A stretch of 38,155 bases of DNA from a virus (lineage: Duplodnaviria > Caudoviricetes), in the IMG/VR virus record IMGVR_UViG_3300042673_000041, positions 1 through 38,155 of that record, one strand, 5' to 3'. This document shows positions 36,801 to 38,155 of this stretch, piece by piece. Made by a program: the position numbers and the translations under genes. Every line of letters begins with the position of its first letter. Position 1 is the first letter of the stretch. The notes under the pieces are model-generated. The model was given only the letters and a program-made list of their open reading frames with translations. It was not told the DNA's origin and did not search any database.

Positions 36801-38078
36801 TACAAAAAGAGAACCAGTAAATTGCGAACCACTTTGAAATGATTCTACTCTAAATCCAAAATCAGGAGAAGTTGAAGCTGTTACACTACCACTTCCTATT
36901 AATGTTGCTACTAACGCATCAGGAGTTAAAGCTGAACGAGGTATGTTAAATAATTTCTCACCACTACCACTATAATACGCACCCACACCTAATTCTATAT
37001 TTCCAGTAACAAACAAGCTACCAGTTATTTGAGAACCGACTGTAGATGATTGTACTCTAAAACCAAAGTTAGGAGATGCTGATGCTGTAACACTACCACT
37101 TGCAATTCTAAATACTTCTTGTGATAATGCAGAAATAGGAATATCAAATAATCCTTTACCAGAACCAGAATACATTGAGGCGGTAATGGTTGTATTTACC
37201 ACCAATCCTCTATTTGGAGAAATTGATGCTGTTGCTGAACCACTAGCTATTCTATTTGATACTAATGATTCAATATTAAGCGCCGATAACGGGATGTTAA
37301 ACAACCCAGCACCACTACCACTAAAGAATCCACTACCAGATGGTATTACAACGTTTCCACTTACAAAAAGAGAACCAGTGAAAGTAGAACCACTAGCTAT
37401 TGATGTTACAACAAATCCCGTATTTGGTGATACCGATGCGGTTACACTACCACTAGCTAATTTTGTTGCTTCTGGTAAATTAAATAAATTTCTACCGTCT
37501 CCAAAAAACGAACCAGTAAAAGAACCACTAAATGATGAACCAGTAACAGTATTAACTATTAATTCCGATTGTATTTGTACAGAACCAGTAAACTCTTGCT
37601 TATCATTTTCTGCATCACCAAAAATATTTGAACCAGATGAATAAATTACAGAAGATGAAATTATATTTACAATTAGTTGGTCAGCTATAATTGACTGAGA
37701 TACATATAAATTACCTAAAATGGTAGTATCTACATTTATTTGCAATCCTCTATCAGGAGAAATCGATGCTGTTGCCGAACCACTTGATATTTGTGGAGAT
37801 ACATCAGCTTTTACACCTGTTAAATTAGAACCATCTCCTTGAAATGAACCAGAAAAAGAACCTGAAATTTGGTCTAAACTAATTGTTCTTGCAAATCCTC
37901 TATTACCATCACTATCAGAAACTACTAACGCAGGATTTGTTAATAATGACGCAGAAAAATCAGGAACCCCTAAATTTGGTTCAACTTGAGATAAATCAAT
38001 AAATTGATATCTGTCTGCCGTTACATTTTTCGGGCTTACTACCCTTACCCTACCCGTTAATAGATTACTAATTGCCAT
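27819..38078 (-). CDS. giant fibre-like virion protein (3419 aa): about 22 SGSxTASxSP repeats, two cupredoxin-like inserts, a Gly-X-Y tract of about 1045 aa and a C-terminal fibre-tip domain
   Basis: Single uninterrupted ORF with the repeat architecture visible in translation. C-terminal ITWPASVDWAGGTAPILT...DVLVFYT is typical of fibre termini, and the gene is adjacent to adhesin and chaperone genes. Confidence 0.82.
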   Translation of the reverse strand: MAISNLLTGRVRVVSPKNVTADRYQFIDLSQVEPNLGVPDFSASLLTNPALVVSDSDGNRGFARTISLDQISGSFSGSFQGDGSNLTGVKADVSPQISSGSATASISPDRGLQINVDTTILGNLYVSQSIIADQLIVNIISSSVIYSSGSNIFGDAENDKQEFTGSVQIQSELIVNTVTGSSFSGSFTGSFFGDGRNLFNLPEATKLASGSVTASVSPNTGFVVTSIASGSTFTGSLFVSGNVVIPSGSGFFSGSGAGLFNIPLSALNIESLVSNRIASGSATASISPNRGLVVNTTITASMYSGSGKGLFDIPISALSQEVFRIASGSVTASASPNFGFRVQSSTVGSQITGSLFVTGNIELGVGAYYSGSGEKLFNIPRSALTPDALVATLIGSGSVTASTSPDFGFRVESFQSGSQFTGSLFVSGARGIEIVSGSSFSGSGARLFDIPVSALRDLDLTRIRSGSATASISPNNGLEVNIFSSFTGSMIVSASVKYLPSQSIQTVFNVTNTGVNFYTFSGAAEGNNPTLTLVRGITYTFNLNASGHPFYIKTAPGTGTGNQYTTGVTNNGDDVGVITFAVPANAPSMLYYQCQLHSAMVGTINIVDAIVQRDSGVLIYGDEVISGSLNVKDVVRAREFTGSISSSFIQGDGSGLYNIPRSAFTGDSFRIASGSVTASVSPIVGFKVETSVTGSEIGSQFTGSVAVSGSVTASFFIGDGSRLINITVPPQVATRITTGSITASVDINRGFRVEATTIGSEFTGSIRVSGSVEISSGSSFSGSGARLFDIPRTALTPDALLTTFIASGSVTASVSPNVGFDVKSSLLGSRFSGSIFANNGIRLMSGSFSGSGRELFDIPVAALSDLDTSKIFSGSATASVSPNRGFEVFTATSRFYGSVSASVFSGSGAGLTNIPFSALSQELFRIVSGSVTASVSPEDGFKVVSTLSGSQFTGSLFVTGGFIRVATGSFFSGSGAGLLNIPRSALNDDALTATEIKSGSVTASVSPNFGFRVQSQISGSEFTGSVSISGSLEIIATSGSLILASSSAYYGEGTYLRNIPRSALTPDALLSTLIASGSVTASVAPNTGFVVNSYSTISGSLIVSSSARAMPNSDIDTVFIVTNEGSGLYNISNKLVSGSNPTLTLVRNVEYTFNVNASGHPFWIKETPGTGTGNSYDYWVTNNGEDTGVITFLVSGSAPDTLYYNCQLHLSMAGTIDVVDALYVPAEITLIGDTKVVGVVTASVFSGSGKGLFDIPRSALSEEVFRIASGSVSASVSPDFGFRVESFESGSDFSGSIRIDSSSFLYAVGTYLRQIPRAALTEDALISAEIKSGSVTASVSPDYGFRVITPFTSSIDENGYFTTQIGSQFTGSIDVSGSLFINDVSGGVYIASSSFLYSDGTYLRNIPRSALTEDALVSTEIKSGSVTASVSPDYGFRVITDKTGSQVAAQITGSVDISGSLTVKDFIFGDGRFITNVQAAAAPFIGSGSATASVADGERFVVTTAKTGSEIGSEFTGSVEISGSLIVSNFLIGDGTFITNVVAAASPKIASGSVTASVSPNFGFKVETQATGSGIGSQFTGSISVSGSIQAFTYFGDGSNLTNVAAAAAPRIASGSVTASVAPNTGLLVNSYVNISQTVPSSSAGLIVSGAVYISGSITASRYDGDGGGLFNIPASALKDLQLDKIQSGSARAIIDPTKLDVNVPITAALYIGDGGGLFNIPANALEDLQLDRIKSGSVEAVISPNLGLVVNTKASISQSLAVSGGLFVTGGNIILNGSGSTFVGDGSGLYNITIANLAFETSIMKSGSFTASISPDKGFVVNTSASIWGNLYVGDNLRATTITGSTQIYSPIVSGGLLGTYTYQGNGPTASAEYDILRFDENRGHYIPQPETSLTETVSFNNVSSLTIVHNLGIRYPMVQVYATGSEDQILPGTIKSIDDDTIQIVFSGLTSGHVVIGSGGSLISGTIEGGRVIGTVLSASFAQVAGTANSLVGFDSASLSALGDLQNFVRNSQTSSMAVFSAVSSSYALTASYALNAGVGSGTELFIYQTSSLVKAQVGKIHFTGSGVDVISSGSDGVLVTILGGGGGVTSLTASYVASSDVDGPLGMDSITFARTASYALFALNTPSSDTSSFLQINTDQTINASLTISGSLGVTGSSFLTGPVIANSSIQLNNLPTGSSEEVVIWNSVTKRLERRNIAAAVGSSGTGGSSGTTGSSGSSGSSGTSGTSGSSGSSGSSGTSGTSGLDGTSGTSGSSGTSGSSGTSGTSGSSGTSGTSGSSGTSGTSGSSGTSGTSGSSGTSGSSGSSGTSGTSGSSGTSGTSGTSGSTGSSGTSGSSGTSGSSGTSGTSGSSGTSGTSGSSGSSGTSGTSGTSGSAGSSGTSGTSGSTGSSGSSGSSGTSGTSGTSGSSGSAGSGGSAGSSGSSGSGGTTGTGGSGGSSGTSGTSGTSGTSGTSGTSGSSGTSGSDGQSGTSGTSGTSGEDGTSGSSGTSGTSGSTGSAGSSGTSGIDGTSGTSGTSGSAGSSGTSGTSGSTGSSGTSGTSGTSGSAGSSGSSGTSGTSGTDGSAGTTGSSGTSGTSGTSGSGGTSGTSGSSGTSGTSGTDGSAGTTGSSGTSGTSGTSGTSGTNGTSGSAGSSGTSGTDGSAGTTGSFGTSGSSGTSGTNGSSGTSGTDGTSGTSGTSGTDGSAGTSGSSGTSGTSGTNGTSGTSGSAGSAGSSGSAGSSGSTGSSGTSGTSGTSGLDGTYFGSSGTSGTSGTSGTSGTSGTSGTSGTSGVDGTFNGSSGTSGTSGTSGTSGTSGSNGTAGSSGTSGTSGQDGTLFGSSGTSGISGTSGTSGTSGTSGSSGTSGTSGVDGTFNGSSGTSGTSGTSGSAGSAGTSGTSGSSGTSGTSGQDGTLFGSSGTSGQSGTSGSAGSSGTSGASGTNGSAGTSGTSGLDGTLFGSSGTSGTSGTSGTSGSSGTSGTSGTSGQDGTLFGSSGTSGESGSSGSSGSAGSSGSGGSSGTSGTSGTSGLNGTFFGSSGTSGSSGTSGTSGSTGSSGTSGSGGSSGSGGSSGTSGTSGLNGTFFGSSGTSGTSGTSGVSGSSGTSGTTGSAGTTGSSGTTGSSGVNGTMFGSSGTSGTSGVSGSSGVSGSSGVSGSSGTTGSSGTSGVNGTMFGSSGTSGTSGTGISGTSGTSGVTPPGMTSGTSGQDGTLFGSSGTSGNSGTSGTTPPGMTSGTSGLDGTLFGTSGTSGLAGTSGTTPAGMTSGTSGTSQFPIAGNTDNGLLTYDVATVGANVEANITFNGSTLTIIGSTTQTGDVNVTGAVTATTYVGSTTFRETFSDLGAGGSATLDLSTANNFRRQFNATATVTFSNPPASNAFGFTLVAVNAGAYAITWPASVDWAGGTAPILTGAGVDVLVFYTYNGGTTYYGFVTGKNLS
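28322..31462 (-). repeat. coding Gly-X-Y triplet tract, about 1045 aa (GTS/GSS/GSA) with DGTxFG-type interruptions
   Basis: Degenerate 9-bp periodicity over about 3.1 kb. Confidence 0.95.
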
Positions 38079-38098
38079 GCGTTACTTTCCAGCTTTGT

Positions 38099-38126
38099 TA
38101 TAAATATAGAGAATCCCTTATAAATA
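38099..38126 (-). promoter_or_regulatory. two copies of the putative phage late promoter motif TATTTATA upstream of the giant fibre gene
   Basis: + strand tataaata at 38099-38106 and 38119-38126. The same motif (or aataaata) occurs at 311, 5168, 14849, 15855, 16450, 18858, 19361 and 26448. Confidence 0.65.
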
Positions 38127-38155
38127 TCAATCAATGATATTATTGTTATTCATTC

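Noticed and set aside
19378-38078. Diversity-generating retroelement or invertible cassette acting on the fibres
   Set aside because: No reverse transcriptase or recombinase in the window, and I saw no template/variable repeat pair with adenine-specific mismatches; this cannot be excluded for the rest of the genome.
1-38155. Stop-codon reassignment as seen in some large phages
   Set aside because: Genes are full-length and densely packed under the standard code, with no fragmentation at TAG or TGA.

Overview
An AT-rich segment of a large contractile-tailed phage (myovirus, jumbo-like), with every real gene on the minus strand. In transcription order (right to left) it carries a 3419-aa and a 2135-aa fibre protein with long Gly-Thr/Ser-Ser repeat tracts plus accessory and chaperone genes. 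Next come tail sheath, tail tube, a tail-assembly chaperone with an apparent +1/-2 frameshift extension, tape measure and baseplate genes. These are followed by a phage tmRNA (ssrA, 6526-6909) encoding an unusually long 24-residue tag, a compact divergent family-A DNA polymerase, a signal-peptide-bearing NucA-type nuclease, and a 1383-aa multidomain protein (ParB-like, TraB/Tiki-like and PD-(D/E)xK-like domains). Two promoter classes are visible: Bacteroidota-type TTTG-N20-TAnnTTT(G/A) promoters before ssrA and the polymerase, and a recurrent TATTTAT(A/T) motif about 21-27 nt upstream of most transcription units. The host-type promoters and an Ala-Gln signal-peptide junction point to a Bacteroidota host (inference). 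All calls come from motif reading by eye; no searches were run.
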